From: Octopus vulgaris
Lineage: Eukaryota
Assembly (NCBI GenBank): GCA_951406725.2
Contig: OX597815.1
Span: forward strand, 121,334,001-121,398,000
DNA: 64,000 nucleotides
Reading direction: 5' to 3'
Under the pieces are notes generated by a model, which was given only the letters and a program-made list of their open reading frames with translations, searched no databases and was not told the origin of the DNA. Made by a program: the position numbers and the translations under genes. Positions 39,023 through 53,269 of the stretch are shown one piece after another (the first letter of the stretch is position 1; every line of letters begins with the position of its first letter).

Positions 39023-41613
39023 AAGTCTCCTCCACCAAATATACATCTAGACAATTTTGAACAAGAACTATGGGAGACTGTAAAAAACATAAAATTTAGA
39101 AATCATCCTTTAAGATATAACCCGCACAATATTAATTTTAATTAGAACTCTCAAAGGTAAGAGCGGCATTCTAACACATTCTGACAAAACTAACAACATC
39201 TACAACATTGACATTACTGCATATCATGATCTTCTACACAAGGAAATAACCAAGAAATACAAAGTAGTACCTTCTAGTACACTTAGAAAACTGAACCTGG
39301 AGATCAGAGAAATCATATTTGACTACTACCTAGAAGAAAAAACGGAACCCTACACCCCATCCAGACCGAGAATTACACTAAAGGATCATAAAGAGAATTT
39401 TCTTGGAAACACACAGGTCAGATTAATTTGCCCCACTAAATCTGACTTAGGCAGACTAAGTAAACTCATTCTAGATAAATATCTACCCACCATCCGCAAT
39501 AAAATCAAACTAAACCTTTGGAAGAATACTCAGGGTGCTTTGGATTGGTTTTCTGCCATTAAGGTCTGTGACAGTAACAACTTTAGCTATAATAGAAATA
39601 AATTTATACAATTCGATATACAGAATTATTACACTTCAATTAACCCTATTATATTAAATAAGTCCTTAATTTTTGCTAGAAAACACACTAAATTAAGTAT
39701 GGGGGAGATTAAGGTTATACTAACAGCCAGGAAAACTTTAATAGAGTTTGATAATAAACTTTGGGCTAGAAAGGACACACCCAACTTGTTCGATATCACA
39801 ATGGGATCGCCGGACTCAGCGGAGGTGACTGATCTAGTTGGGATGTATCTATTAGATAACTTTAGTAGGGAATTCCCTGAATTAAAAGGCGGATTATACA
39901 GGGATGACGCCTTATTTTGTGTTAGGAATACATCAAATAGGAGATTAGATCTTCTGAAAAAAAGAATAAACAAATTTTTTAAAAGCTTCGGCCTATCCAT
40001 TATCATTGAAAGTGAAAATTATTCTGCTAATTATTTAGATGTTAATTGTAACATTACTAATGGTTTACATGAACCCTATATTAAACCTAATTCTAACCTA
40101 ATATACATTAACCGTTCTAGTAATCACCCCCTCAAATTAAAAATGCACTAGTGCGTAGCATTAGTCAAAGAATTTCTAGTTTATCCTCAAACGAGGAAAT
40201 TTTTAACAAACACTGTGATAGATACAATGCAGCATTACTTAAGGCAGGATATAAAAGTAAGATTTGGTTTATACCTAAGGGGAACCCCCTAATGGAGGTA
40301 GAACTATCAAGAACAACACAAATAGATTTAGGATAATCAACAATATACATAAGAATAGTAAAAACAGAATATATGATAACACCTATAATAAATGTAGAAG
40401 TGACGTTAACCTTGGAAAGGTGAACGGTAGCTCAAATAGATCTAAACATACGAGTAGTAGTAGTAATATTAATAATAATATACGAATTAAAACTTATGGT
40501 AGACATGATAATGGTAAAGTTTACTTGCGCAATAACCATGGTAATATTGATATAGATAGACATAACAATGACAGTGGTAAGAATAGTAATCCTATGAGTT
40601 GGTCTACGAATAGGATTTTTACAAATAACATTAATTCTATAGGCAATCCTAATTCTGATAAGGATACTCTTTGGTTGATTATCCCGTATGCAATGCAGAT
40701 TAAAACAAACATAGTGAGAGCTTTGCATAATATTATTTTTAGGCATTTTGGTAAGGATAGGAATAAATTTAGTCCTTTAATTAACAACGGTACTGTTAGA
40801 GTGGGATATAGCATTACTCATAATCTAGCCACCATCATCTCCTCTTTTAATAACAAGAAACTGGATCACTTCTATAAGGATAGAAAATTGAATTTAGACC
40901 AGGAAAACTTGCCCCTCTTCATTAATAATAGGAATAGAAATTTTCTTGGAACAAATGGGAGCAACCTCCTTACTAATAATGAGTGCACCATACCTGTCAG
41001 AGATAATATAAATGTAATAGATCATACCACTACTACCAATACTAGTACTAGTGATAGGAATATAGCCGATAATGTGGAATTAACTCATTCGTTGATTTTG
41101 GGTTTGGATGATGATAACAATTGTAACACTTATAATGTGAATAGTAGTATAGGGGTGGTGTCCAATCTTAGATTTCCTCATTCTGTTAATCTTTGTAATT
41201 GCAGAAATAAAAATAAATGTGTATTTGGTAATCAATGCCTCAGGAAGGAGGTAGTTTACCAATGCACTGTAGATACACAATTGAGTAGTAGAGTGTATAT
41301 CGGGGCAACTATGAATAGCATAAAACAAAGATGGAATTATCATAGATATACTTTTAGGAATAAAAATAGAATGTACTCTACAGGGCTAAGTGCATATATT
41401 TGGGAACTTAAAAGTAAGAACTTAGATTTTAGATTAAACTGGAAAATACTAACTTCAGCACCTGTGTATAATGGAAAAAATAAAAAATGCTCTCTATGTA
41501 TTAATGAAATTTTCTTCATTATTAAAGCGGGTCGGCAAATTATTAACAACATTAATGAGAAAAACTTCTTTTGTATTCATAGGCTACCGTTCACCTTTTC
41601 TAGATTCAAATAG
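39023..41613 (+). CDS. PLE polyprotein (N-terminally truncated): RT, Asn-rich linker and GIY-YIG endonuclease, with three apparent frameshifts
   Basis: SDKTNNIY, RITLKDHKENF..VRLICP, FIQFDIQNYYTSI, FDITMGSPDSAEVTDLVG, GLYRDD, NYLDV, SNHP, CNCRNKNKC, VVY..VYIG..KQRWNYH, CSLCINE. Frame changes near 39130, 40130 and 40285. Confidence 0.9.
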
Positions 41614-43322
41614 AACTTAGCACTTCCACTATTATCAATTTTTTAATTCCCTTCTTTAACTAAATATACCTGTGGTCTTCTATAATTCTAAAGTATACAA
41701 TTTATAAATTTCATAATTTTATAATTTTTATAGCTACATTTGTATAATAACTAATTGGATGTGTCTAGTATTATTGGTTTCTTGGTTTTTGTATGTGGGT
41801 TTTTGTTTGCTTTTTTAAGAGAAATGCAATATGACATAAAATAACATATTCATTTTGGTATTTGCCTTGTAATGTGTGATTTTTGAAGTTTTCCAATATT
41901 GCATAGTATATTGCATAGTATATATGTATATCTTGGTTAGATACCTAGCTCTGGATAATGTAATGATATTGTATAATATGTAATATATGAGAGCCTTTTG
42001 TGAGTTTGGTGGGTTTAGGTTGAGATTATGGTTTTTTGTATGTGCTGATTTGGAAGGTTTTTATTATATATTTGGTCTTTTTGTACTCACCTTAATTTGT
42101 ATCTTATGCTATTCACTGATAAACCTTTTTCATTTTTTTCATTTTCTCATTTACATGCATTTTGCTTTATAATTATTACCAGCCTCATATATTTAGTTTA
42201 TATCTATAGTCCTCTGGATCTGTACTTTAAACTATCCTTCCATACATATTTACTTTCAACAATATAAAATATATATATTCACTTTATTTATTTTTATTTA
42301 TTTCCCATTTTATTGTAATATTATCAATATTTGCATCTAGTCTTCTATTTATTTATTTATTTGCCTATTTAAGTGTGATGTTTACATACATATCAAGTCA
42401 TCTAATTTGTTACCTATTTATTCTTTACTTATTTACTTATACTGGTGTAGTTTTATACATACATATCTATCATTTATTTTTATTTAATTTTAATAATATA
42501 TGAATACATATATACTAGTTTGTACTTATAATTATGTGTATAACCGTATTTATTCCTTCGTATTTATTCCTTTTTATTTATTTTATCTCTTTTCATCTTA
42601 AGTCTTTATAATATAAAATTTATTTAAAATTTCTGTGATGTTCTCATAAGCGTTTACATTAATACTTCCCCTTATATTTTTATTGCCTAAACTGGTATAT
42701 TTTGGCACTATATTTATTAAGTTAATAAGTGACTTATTTATAATATTTAAATTAATATATATTTTATATTTTATATTTTATAATTTAGCGTACTTAAAAT
42801 CATAACAAACTTACGATAAACCTAACAACCGTATGTTTACTCTGCAACAAACCGGTGTTATAAATTTTAAGTTACCCATGAAATAATTATCTGAATTAGT
42901 AACATACTGATATTTAAAAATATATTTATATCTTAATTAAATATTTTATAGAATGCATGGATGGTTCTTTTTTTGTTATTGAGGCTCAGTTATAATTTTG
43001 AAGGACTAAATGTTAGCATAGTTGCTTCCCTTTTGTTTATCTAAGTGCTAGTTGTTGCTTGTGATTATGTATGTGTATAAGTGTATGTATATACATATAA
43101 CTATGTGTGTATGTGCGATTGATCTGTAGATGCGTGTGTGAATATTGGCGTTCCCTGACTAACCAACCGTATAATTTTCTTTTGTGATTTAAATTTCAAA
43201 CCAATAGCCAATCGAATTAATCTAAATTTTCTTTACCTAGTGGTCAGCATTTCTTAACTCATAGTTATTTCGATCTTGAAAGGATGGACTTGGTGCTAAC
43301 TTAACTGTATCTATTTTTATTA

Positions 43323-43392
<70 letters not shown>

Positions 43393-43730
43393 AGTAATTT
43401 TTATTAACTTTTATAGCTTTAGAATTTTATGAACTGTACCACGGATTTAATTATTATTTTTTTCATCTCCATATGTGTTAGCCCTTTTTTTTTTAAAAAA
43501 AACTATTAGCTAAATATGTATAATATCGGTACTTATTAATATTAATATATACACTGTTATATATTTTGTTTTATTTTGTTCTGTTTACCTTCCTTTTTGT
43601 ACAAATGTGTATTATATTATATAAGTGTAGCATTATGATGTATAAGTTTTTATATTTTACATTTTTATATTTTTATATTTATATGTATATGATTATATAA
43701 TATTTTTCACTATTATAACAAATTTAATTT

Positions 43731-43846
43731 AATTCTCTGAAGAGGCCGTGGGGCATCTTTGTTAATGCCTCATTTATACCTGCCTTTATGGCTTATAGGT
43801 TAAATGAGGTATGACTGTCCTCACTGCCGAAACAGCTGTCAGTTTT
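43731..43846 (+). ncRNA. Type I hammerhead ribozyme with extended stem II in the PLE 3' UTR
   Basis: CTGAAGA (43737), ggccgtggggca...tgtcctcactgcc, GAAA (43829), palindromic ACAGCTGT, GUC triplet (43838-43840). Stem I is imperfect. Confidence 0.8.
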
Positions 43847-44069
43847 GATTTATTTGCATATTATATTTGAAATTTTTTACTTATATCTCTTTATCTTTTT
43901 ACTTTTACTATTACTGTATATCTCATTTCATTTTATATATTGCCTTTACTCATATGTAATGGTGTATTAAAGTATGGATTGAGTATCATCAGATAGTTGA
44001 TGTTTTACTGATTTAAGTATGTTTCTCCATTCTCTAATTTTGTATTATATATATATATATATATGTGTG

Positions 44070-44100
<31 letters not shown>

Positions 44101-44332
44101 GTATATATTTTTATGTGTGTGCTTATGTGTATCTGTTTGTCCCACCACCATCGCTTGACAACCAATGTTGGTGTGTTTATGTCCCCGTCACTTAGTGGTT
44201 CAGCAACAGAACCGATAGAATAAGTACTAGGCTTACAAAGAATAAGTCCTGGGATCGATTTGTTCAACTAAAGGCGGTGCTCCAGCATGACCACAGTCAA
44301 ATGAATGAAACAAAAGAATAAAAGAATATATG

Positions 44333-44400
<68 letters not shown>

Positions 44401-44929
44401 TATACATACATATACACATATATATATATAGGGATATATAGAGATAGAAAAACCAAATATATTCAAAAGATAAACACATATGTACAAGTATGTAGATATT
44501 TATATATATATTGTTAAATAAACTTACTTTTACATGTATAAAAGATACAGGAGAAAATAAAGATAACGAGAGAGGGCATAGATTTTTTACTTGACATCTG
44601 TTTCTTGGAGTTTAAAATTACATAACAGTGATAATGTTTATAATAAGCAAATGAAATGTGCAAAATGTCATAGCTATGCAACCGTTTCACATTGTAGTGT
44701 GAGAGATTATATATTAGCTAATAATCCATTTTATATGGGGATAAAAAAATAAATTTAATATAGGCGCAGGAGTGGCTGCATGGTAAGTAACTTATTTACC
44801 AACCATATGCTTCTGGGTTCAATCCCACTGTGTAGCACTTTGGGTAAGTGTCTTCTTCTATTGCCTCAAGCTGACCAAAGCCTTGTGAGTGGATTTGGTA
44901 GACAGAAACCGAAAGAAGCACGTTGTATA

Positions 44930-45088
44930 AATAACCACATGTGAATTGTTGGCAATTTTTTTTTTCCTCTGTCTTCCTTTTTTATTGGACTTTCCTCTGT
45001 TTCTGAAGAAGAGCTTTGCTCAAAGCATTTAAACCATCTTTCTTTCCTTCCCTGTTTTTTTTGTATTTGTTCTTCGTATTTTGGGATT

Positions 45089-45090
<2 letters not shown>
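44930..45090 (+). mobile_element. Short repeat with degenerate minimal HHR inserted in the TA-rich middle of a SINE
   Basis: 44999-45034 reads gttt-CTGAAGA-a-gagc ttt gctc-AAAG cattt-aaac. It shares the downstream catctttct with the 21556 copy. Confidence 0.6.
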
Positions 45091-45132
<42 letters not shown>

Positions 45133-46267
45133 GTATGTATGTATGCATGTATGTATGTATGTATGTATGTATGTGTGTCTGTGTGTATATATGTTTGCGT
45201 GTCTGTATTTGTCCTCTCCACCACCATCGCCTGACAACAGATATTGGTGTGTTTACGTCCCCATAATTTGGTGGTTCAGCAAAAGACACTGATAGAATAA
45301 GTACTAGGCTTACAAAAAATAAGTCCTGGGGTTGATTTGTTTGACTAAAAGGTGGTGCTCCAGCATGGCCACAATCAAATGTCTGAAACAAATAAAAGAA
45401 TAAAAGAAGATAGGAACAGGCACTGCCATGTGGTAAGAAGTTTGCTTCTCAACCACATGGTTCTAGTTTCAGTCCCACTGTGTGACACCTTGGACAAGTG
45501 TCTTCCACTATAGCCTCAGGCCAATCAAATCCTTATGAGTGGATATGGTAGATGGAAACTGAAAGAAGCCTGTTGTGTGTGTGTGTGTGTGTGTGAGTGT
45601 CTTTGTACTCTGTTTGTCCCCTATCACTGTTTGACAACTGGTATTGGTGTGTTTGTGTGGTTCGGCAAAAGAGACCAATGGAGTTAGTACCCGGCTAAAA
45701 AAATAAGTATTGAGTTGATTCATTTGACTAAAAAATTCTTCAAGATTGTGCTCCAGTGTGGCCATGGTCTAATGTCTAAAGCAAGTAAAAGTTAAAAGAT
45801 AACTTTATCAATTCAGATTTGATCTATACTTGTCTGTAAGTAGAGTAGTTTTGAGACAAAAATTCCATAAGAGATTTATGTAAGAACTTTTTATTGAGTT
45901 TTGTGTAAATTATTCCTCATGTTTTTATGATTACTTTTCTATGCTTGCTTAGGTCAGACAAGAATACACTGGGGAAGAGATTTTTCAAGTAGGTTGCCCT
46001 TCCTGTCACCAACCCCAATATCAAACAGCCTGGATGTGTTTTATGCAGACAACTGGAAACAAACAATATAACGAATGAGCCTTCTGTTTATGAAGATCAT
46101 GCAGTATGTCAAGACATGCTTCTGTGGTGGCATATTACAAGTTAATGACACTGGCAGGGATCGATCATCCAGAAACCAGTGGAAATAAGGGAAATATGAA
46201 CTCACTCACACAAACAGGCACACATGCACACAGACATACATTACACACACACACACACACACACACA

Positions 46268-46298
<31 letters not shown>

Positions 46299-46986
46299 CC
46301 CTCTCACTCTCTCTCTCTCACACACACACAAACATATGCACACATATGTATCAGGCAATGGGCCTTTATTTAGTTCCCAACAATCAAATCCACTCACAAG
46401 GCAGTGGTCAGTCAGGGATTATAGTAGAAGACACTTGCTCTGGTTGCTACATAACAGAACTGAACGATGCAGTTCGAAAGTGAAAGTGAATATCTTAGCT
46501 GTACGTGCATAAATAAAGTACAAGGGTGTTTTGTAAAACTATTTGGAATTCACTCATTTGAAAATTTGATTGAAACCCATAGGAAGGTGTATTTTAGTTA
46601 GAAATATAAAAACTAAAGGGTTAAGGTTTCTCAATGAGATTTTTTCAGTCAGATTTCATAACAATCTGGATACATCAAACTTTGAAATGACTTGATAGGT
46701 GAGAGAGCAATGAAAGTCAAGTGGAAACAGTTTTTGTTTTTTTTTTAAAAGAAACTTTCCAAGAAAAGATTTACCAAAATTAAGGTGTGTCTTGTAAATG
46801 ATTAAATTCAGAACAAATGTGTTTCAAATTTATTTTGAAATAGCTTCTGACATTATTTGAAAATATATTCTAAACAAAATCAGAAAACAATGAGATCATC
46901 TGGTCAACCTTTCTACTTTAATTTTAACTATTCAGAAAAACATACTTTAGCACATTAACTACATATTATATATCTCTATTCTTTAG

Positions 46987-47280
46987 TTTAAAATGCCAAA
47001 TTTATCTTTTTATGCCATACTAGGTCATCTTACTATCTCTATTTTACTGTGTTTTACCCTATTTATTTTAAGTCATTGTTTGTCTAGCTCATTAATCTAG
47101 GTTGCTGCATATTATAACTGCATAATATATGCATCTACTCCTTAATTTAAAATCTCAAATTTATCTCTTTAAGCTACAATAGGTCATCTTACTAATTCTT
47201 TTAGTATTATGCTTTACACTGTCTATTCTAAGCCATTATGTTTTGGCCAGCTTGTTAATCTAGATTGTTGTTCAGTATTT
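46987..47280. repeat. Diverged tandem duplication, ~160 bp period
   Basis: caaatttatct..taggtcatcttacta..ttaatctag occurs twice (~46997 and ~47156). Confidence 0.7.
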
Positions 47281-47789
47281 TGTAGTGTGTTAAAAAGATA
47301 TGCAAATTATATCAATTTATTTTCTGATGTTGTTACTTAACCCTGTCAACAATAGCTAGGAATTTCTTTTTGATAGACATCATTTTCAAGGTCATCGTCA
47401 GATTTTGATTTTCCTCAAATGAGCAAACTGTAATTGCATATGAAAAAAAAACTCTCCCTTTACTTGTAAGGTTTATCTTGATCCAGTTGTTGAAAGTAAA
47501 CCAATCTGCAATTCTTTCAACTTTGTTTATGTACATTATGACTTCTTCTACTTTTCTACCCTCGCCAGTCCCTCGGGGCCTTTCATAAATCTTTCAGTCT
47601 GCTCACATAGTTTACTTAGTTTGAATCTTAACTACACTTCACAAGGGATAACCCCAGACATAGCTCAAAGGTCAGTAAGCTTAATGTCCAAACATTAGGT
47701 ACATCACATAGTTTTCAAAGACTTCCATGCCATAATTGAGAGGTTTTGTCCAAGGTATGCATTCCATACCATAAACTTGAACAAGAAAT

Positions 47790-47875
<86 letters not shown>

Positions 47876-48310
47876 GCATGGCTGTGTGGTAATAAGATTG
47901 CTTCCCAATCATATAGTTCTAGATTCAGTCCCACCAACTTAGCAGTTCAGCAAAAGAGACTGACAGAATAAGTACCAGGCTTAAAAAAAGTAAGTACTAG
48001 GGACTATTCATTTAACTAAAAATTCTTCAAGGTGGTGCCCCAGATTATTTATAACAAAAGGGATTATTGAAGATTATGAGATATTTAGCAATTCTTATAT
48101 TCTTTTACTTGTTTCGGTCATTTGACTGTAGCCATGCTGGAGCACCACCTTTAGTCGAATGAATCAACCCCAGGACTTATTCTTTGTAAGCCTTCTACTT
48201 ATTCTATTGGTTCCTTTTGTTGAACCACTAAGTTATGGGGCCGTAAACATACCAACATCAGTTATCAAGCAATGGTTGGGGGACAATCATAGACACATAG
48301 ACACATAAAC

Positions 48311-48347
<37 letters not shown>

Positions 48348-50847
48348 ACAGGCTTCTTTCAGTTTCCACCTACCAAATCCACTCACAAGGCTTTAGTTGG
48401 CTGGAGGCTATAGTAGAAGACACTTGCCCAAGGTGCTATGTAGTGGGACTGAACCTGGAACCATGTGGTTGGGAAATAAGCTTCTAACCAAACAGCCATG
48501 CCTAGCTGTGTAGCCTAGAGGATACTTTGTTGGGCACACAGTCATGGGTTCAGTTCCTGGATTGAGTGGTGTGTTGAGTCCTTGAGCAAGACACTTCATT
48601 TTATGTTGCTCCAGTCTGATCAACAGAAAAGGAATACCAGCTACATGCTGGCACAGCCATCTATCCTTTCAGCTGTAATATTCATAATGTTCTCAGGCGG
48701 CAAGCTGGCAGAAATGTTAGCATGCCAGGCAAAATGTTTAGTTGTATTTCATCTGTTTTTATGTTCTGAGTACAAGTTCGGCCAAGGTCGGCTTTGCATT
48801 TCATCCATTTGGGGTCAATAAATTAAGTACCAGTTGTGTACTGGGGTTGATCTAATTGACTGGCCCCCTCCCCAAGGTTTTGGGACTTGTGCCTAGAGTA
48901 GAAATGAATATTCTTGATGTTCTGCTGGATCAAGAGTGGGAATACTAAGAGAGTTCTACATCTGCTTGTGACTACACAAGCACTTAAAACAATTAGTGAG
49001 AGTATGGTATACATGTTAGCAAGTTTCACAATGGTTATCCTTTTTCTTTTGTTCATAAGTATGAAGGGTGCAGCGAAGTCCCTCAAACACAAACCAATAG
49101 TCTTATGTGAGGCAACCAATTTCAATGTTGGTGACATTTACGTAAAGTGGACTCAGTGGTGATTCATCTGTCTAAGAGTGTTTGTGACTAGCAGTGACAA
49201 TGATTAAGCATATTACATCCTGAAGGATGAGTGTGAGGGACATGATCAAACTCTAAATATATTAGATTTGGTATAATGAAGATCAGAGAAGGTCTTGTTG
49301 ATAAAAAACTGTCATGGGGCAGTTTTACAGAAAATATCTGATCCAATAAATGTCAGTTCTAAACAAGCAGACCAATTGATCAAAACGTTGTAGCTTTGAC
49401 TATCTAGTTTTTCATTTTATTATTTTCTATTTTTTTGTATATCCAAACTGTTCTTCCTATTTTAAGATGGTAAAGTGTAATTTAAGGGAATATATCTATT
49501 ATTTCTAGCCTGCTGGCTGACTGGATAGAGGGTGTTATTTTGTTTTGTTAAGCAATAATTAGACAACATAGGATTTTCCCCTGTCAGGCAAGTTTAGAAG
49601 CTTGGTTACTGTCAGGGCAACAATATTGGTTTTTACCCAAGTTCTCTAGTGTGAAGGACTGTTGGTTAGTGTATGAGAGACAAGTGTCCATGAGATCTGA
49701 CTCTACAAACTGTACTGATGATTACCATGTATTACAGCAAAAACGTTAGCAATGAATTCTTGCTATTGGTTAAAAGGTGTCTGTTTATGCTGCCTTCATT
49801 CAAAACTATCAGTTGTAATCAATCTGAAGACATACTCCAACAGAAATTAGTTCACAAACTTCCCTTCTCCGATAGCTAAGATGCCAAAATAGTCTCACAT
49901 AGATGATGCTATGACTGCTAATATCTGCTTGGCACATATTGTAGGTTACATTGTAGGGTGCATCTTTCAATGAAGGTTGATATCTAAAAGTTAGGGTTGC
50001 AAACTGCCAGAACAAAATGCTCGGTAGCATTTCATTCATCTTTGCATTCTGAGTTCAAATTCTGTCAAAGTCAACTTTGCCTTTTATTCTTTTGGGGTCG
50101 ATAAAATAAGTACCAGGTGAAAACTGGGCTCAATGTTATCAACTTACTCCCAGCCTCAAACTTACTAGCCTTGCGCCAAAATTTGAAACCAATATTTAAA
50201 AGTTTTATTGTTGATTGTTTGGGTGAAGCACTCGGATGAGAGCTACAGGATTGTCTAAGGTTGACTGCATTTTACAAGAAACAACAAATCCTAAAGTCAA
50301 TGAAAACCTTTATGAAAATAAAAAAAAAGAACTACAATATTCCTTTCACTTGATTTAGTTATTAGACTGTGCCCATGCCCATTACAGAGATGTAAACAAA
50401 CTAACACTGGTTGTCAAGCAGTGGTGAGGGACAAACACACACAAAGACGCATGCACACACACACACACACACACATACGAACAAAGACACAAAGACATAC
50501 ACACACAAAAGCACACACACACACATACAAAGACACAAAAACACACATACAAAGACACAAAAACACACATACAAAGACACACAAAGACACAAACACACAA
50601 AGACATGCACATGCAAAAACACATAAACACACACACACATACATATTCAAGAAGATAAAAATCATCTTAAGATATGAAAATCCAGGAAGTCTGGAGAGAT
50701 CTCATACAAAATGCAAGTTCTCTTACTATTGATTACTTAGTAGTTCACTGTCTGTAGTATGTAAAAATCAAATTACCTAATACAGGAAGTTGATACTACA
50801 TTGTCAATAACATGTCTGTCACATTGAGGTTTTGATATATCTCTGAT

Positions 50848-50904
<57 letters not shown>

Positions 50905-53269
50905 TTTCAATGTCCATCTTTTCTGATGGCATAGATTAAATGATTTGACAAGGTTGGACAAGGTGGAGGACTGCATCATGCAGTAATGTCCACTTGGGCA
51001 TGGTTTCTACTGCTGGGTGCCCCTCCTAATGCCAAACACATTACGGAGTGTACAGAGTGATTCTTTTCCTCCATGGCACCAGTAGTAGTGATGATCACCT
51101 TGTAATTCACAAGGCTAAAGGTCTAAAGTGGCCCTTGTAACTGAGAAAAGTGGAGGGTGATTTTTAGGCAGAGAGATGAGGGAATGGCCAACCAAAAGGG
51201 ATCTTGGAAGTATATTGAGAGAAAAGGAGTTAGACAGGGTTGAGAAAAAGGGAAGGGTTGAAAAATTGATGTGGTGTGTTTGTGTAAGGAGGGTGGTCTA
51301 GCTCTACCCAACATTGTAAGGGTTAAGTATGCACAGGTGTGGGGGAAAGAGGACAGGCAGGGAACAGTAGACTTAGGTGGTGATGAATCTTGAGTGAGTC
51401 ATGGAAGGAAAGAAGAGTAGGGGTTCATGGTAGGGGGCAGAGGAAGGAGATGAGAAGGGGTGTTGGGGTGTTAAGGTTGTGGGAGGAGAGGATTGTGAGA
51501 GAAAAGGAGGCAGAGAGAGAGTGAGAGAGAAAGTAATTAGGGTTTGAAGAACTAGTAATGCTGTGCGTGTGTGTGTGTGTGCACATGTACATAAGTGAGT
51601 GTACATCTGTGAGTGTATGCATGTGTGAATGTGTGTGTCTACGTGCATGAGTATGTGTGTGTACGTATGTGTACGTCTGTGAGTTTGTGTATGTGTGTTT
51701 ATGAATATGTGTGTATATGTATGTGTGAGTATGTGTGTGTGTTTGTATGCATGTCTGTTGTTATGCTTTTCAGCTTGGTGACATTTCATGTGGTACAGAA
51801 AGAGCCAACAGCTATGATTCATAAAAATCAACAAGTACAGATATGGTTAGATTTTTTCCAACTTATTACAACATGATGCACGTTTGATTAAATTAATATT
51901 TCTTCTTACTCTAGGCACAGCCTGAAATTTTGTTATGAGAGAATTGCATCAATCCCAGTGTTCAAATCAAATTCGATGACTGGCATCTCTGCTGGTGGAG
52001 TGCTAAGAGCACCATCTGAGCGTGATCGTTGCCTGAGCAGCAACTTGGCTTCATTACCTGCGTTGCCTTACTGGCACTTGTGCCGGTGGTACGTGATAAA
52101 AACATTTGAGCAAGGTTGTTACCAGTGTTGCTGGACTGGCTTCTGTGCAGGTGGCACATAAAAAGCACCATTTGAGCATGGCCGTTGCCAGTACCGCCTG
52201 ACTGGCCCTCATGCCAGTGGCACGTAAAAGCACCCACTACGCTCTCGGAGTGGTTAACATTAGGAAGGGCATCCAGCTGCAGAAACTTTGCCAGATCAGA
52301 TTGGAGCCTGGTGCAGACATTTGGTTCACCAGTCCTCATTCAAATCATCCAACCCATGCTAGCATGGAAAGCGGACGTTAAACGATGATGATGTGCCAGT
52401 GGCATGTAAAAAGTACCATTTGAGTGTGGTTGATGCCAGTGCAGCCTGACTGGCTTCCATGCTGGTGACACATAAAAAGCACCATTTGAGCATGGTCAAT
52501 GCCAGTACTGCCTGGCTGGCACCCATGCCAGTGGCATGTAAAAAGCACCATTTGAGCATGGTTGATACCAGTGCTGCCTGATTGGCCCCAATGCACCCAC
52601 TACACACTCAGAGTGGTTGGCATTAGGAAGGGCATCCAGCTGTAGAAACCTTGCCATATCAGATCGGAGCCTGGTGCAGCCACCTGGCTTGCCAGTTCTC
52701 AGTCAAACCAACCAACCCATGCCAGCATGGAAAGCGGACATTAAAAGATGATGATGAGGGAGATGATATAGGGATGGAAGGAAATGTCAACCTCAGCAGA
52801 ATTTGAACTCAGAATGTAAAGTCAGAAAGAAATGCCCCTCAGCCTTTTCCAACATGCTAATGGTTCAATCAGCTTGCCAGATTAAATTAATATTAGTGGT
52901 GTGAATAAGGCAGGGAACTGGCAGAACTGTTAGCATGCTGGGCAAAATGCTTAGCAACATCTTGTTCATCTTTACTTTCTGAGTTCAAATTCTGCCGAGA
53001 TTGACTTTGTCTTTCTTCCTTTCAAGGTTGATAAAATAAGAACCAGTTGAGTACTGGGGTCGACATTTTGGGCTTCTGCCAAAATTTGAAACCAATACTG
53101 GTGGTGTGAATAAAAACATTGGTAAGAAGTGTAGTCATTATAACAAAAATGCATTGTAAACAAAGAAGTCATCTCGAAAATAGCTTTCTTGGGGATAACT
53201 TTTAATTCCAATCCTTTTTAGCCTTAGAGATCAGGATTATTATATTTTCCTTTTATCATTAGCATTAAA

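Larger units (their letters stand above)
35388..44045 (+). mobile_element. Young 5'-truncated Penelope-like retroelement with a ~3.5 kb 5' inverted pseudo-LTR
   Basis: 35560-39022 is a near-identical reverse complement of 40569-44043. RT plus GIY-YIG coding region 39023-41613, HHR in the 3' UTR, (TA)n on both flanks. Confidence 0.95.

Noticed and set aside
37978-39090. Apparent stand-alone 370 aa GIY-YIG nuclease gene
   Set aside because: It is a chimeric ORF created by the PLE inversion. Its start lies in the antisense strand of the RT N-terminus.
47333-47660. Non-repetitive minus-strand reading frame, possibly a LINE ORF1 remnant
   Set aside because: No diagnostic motif could be identified.
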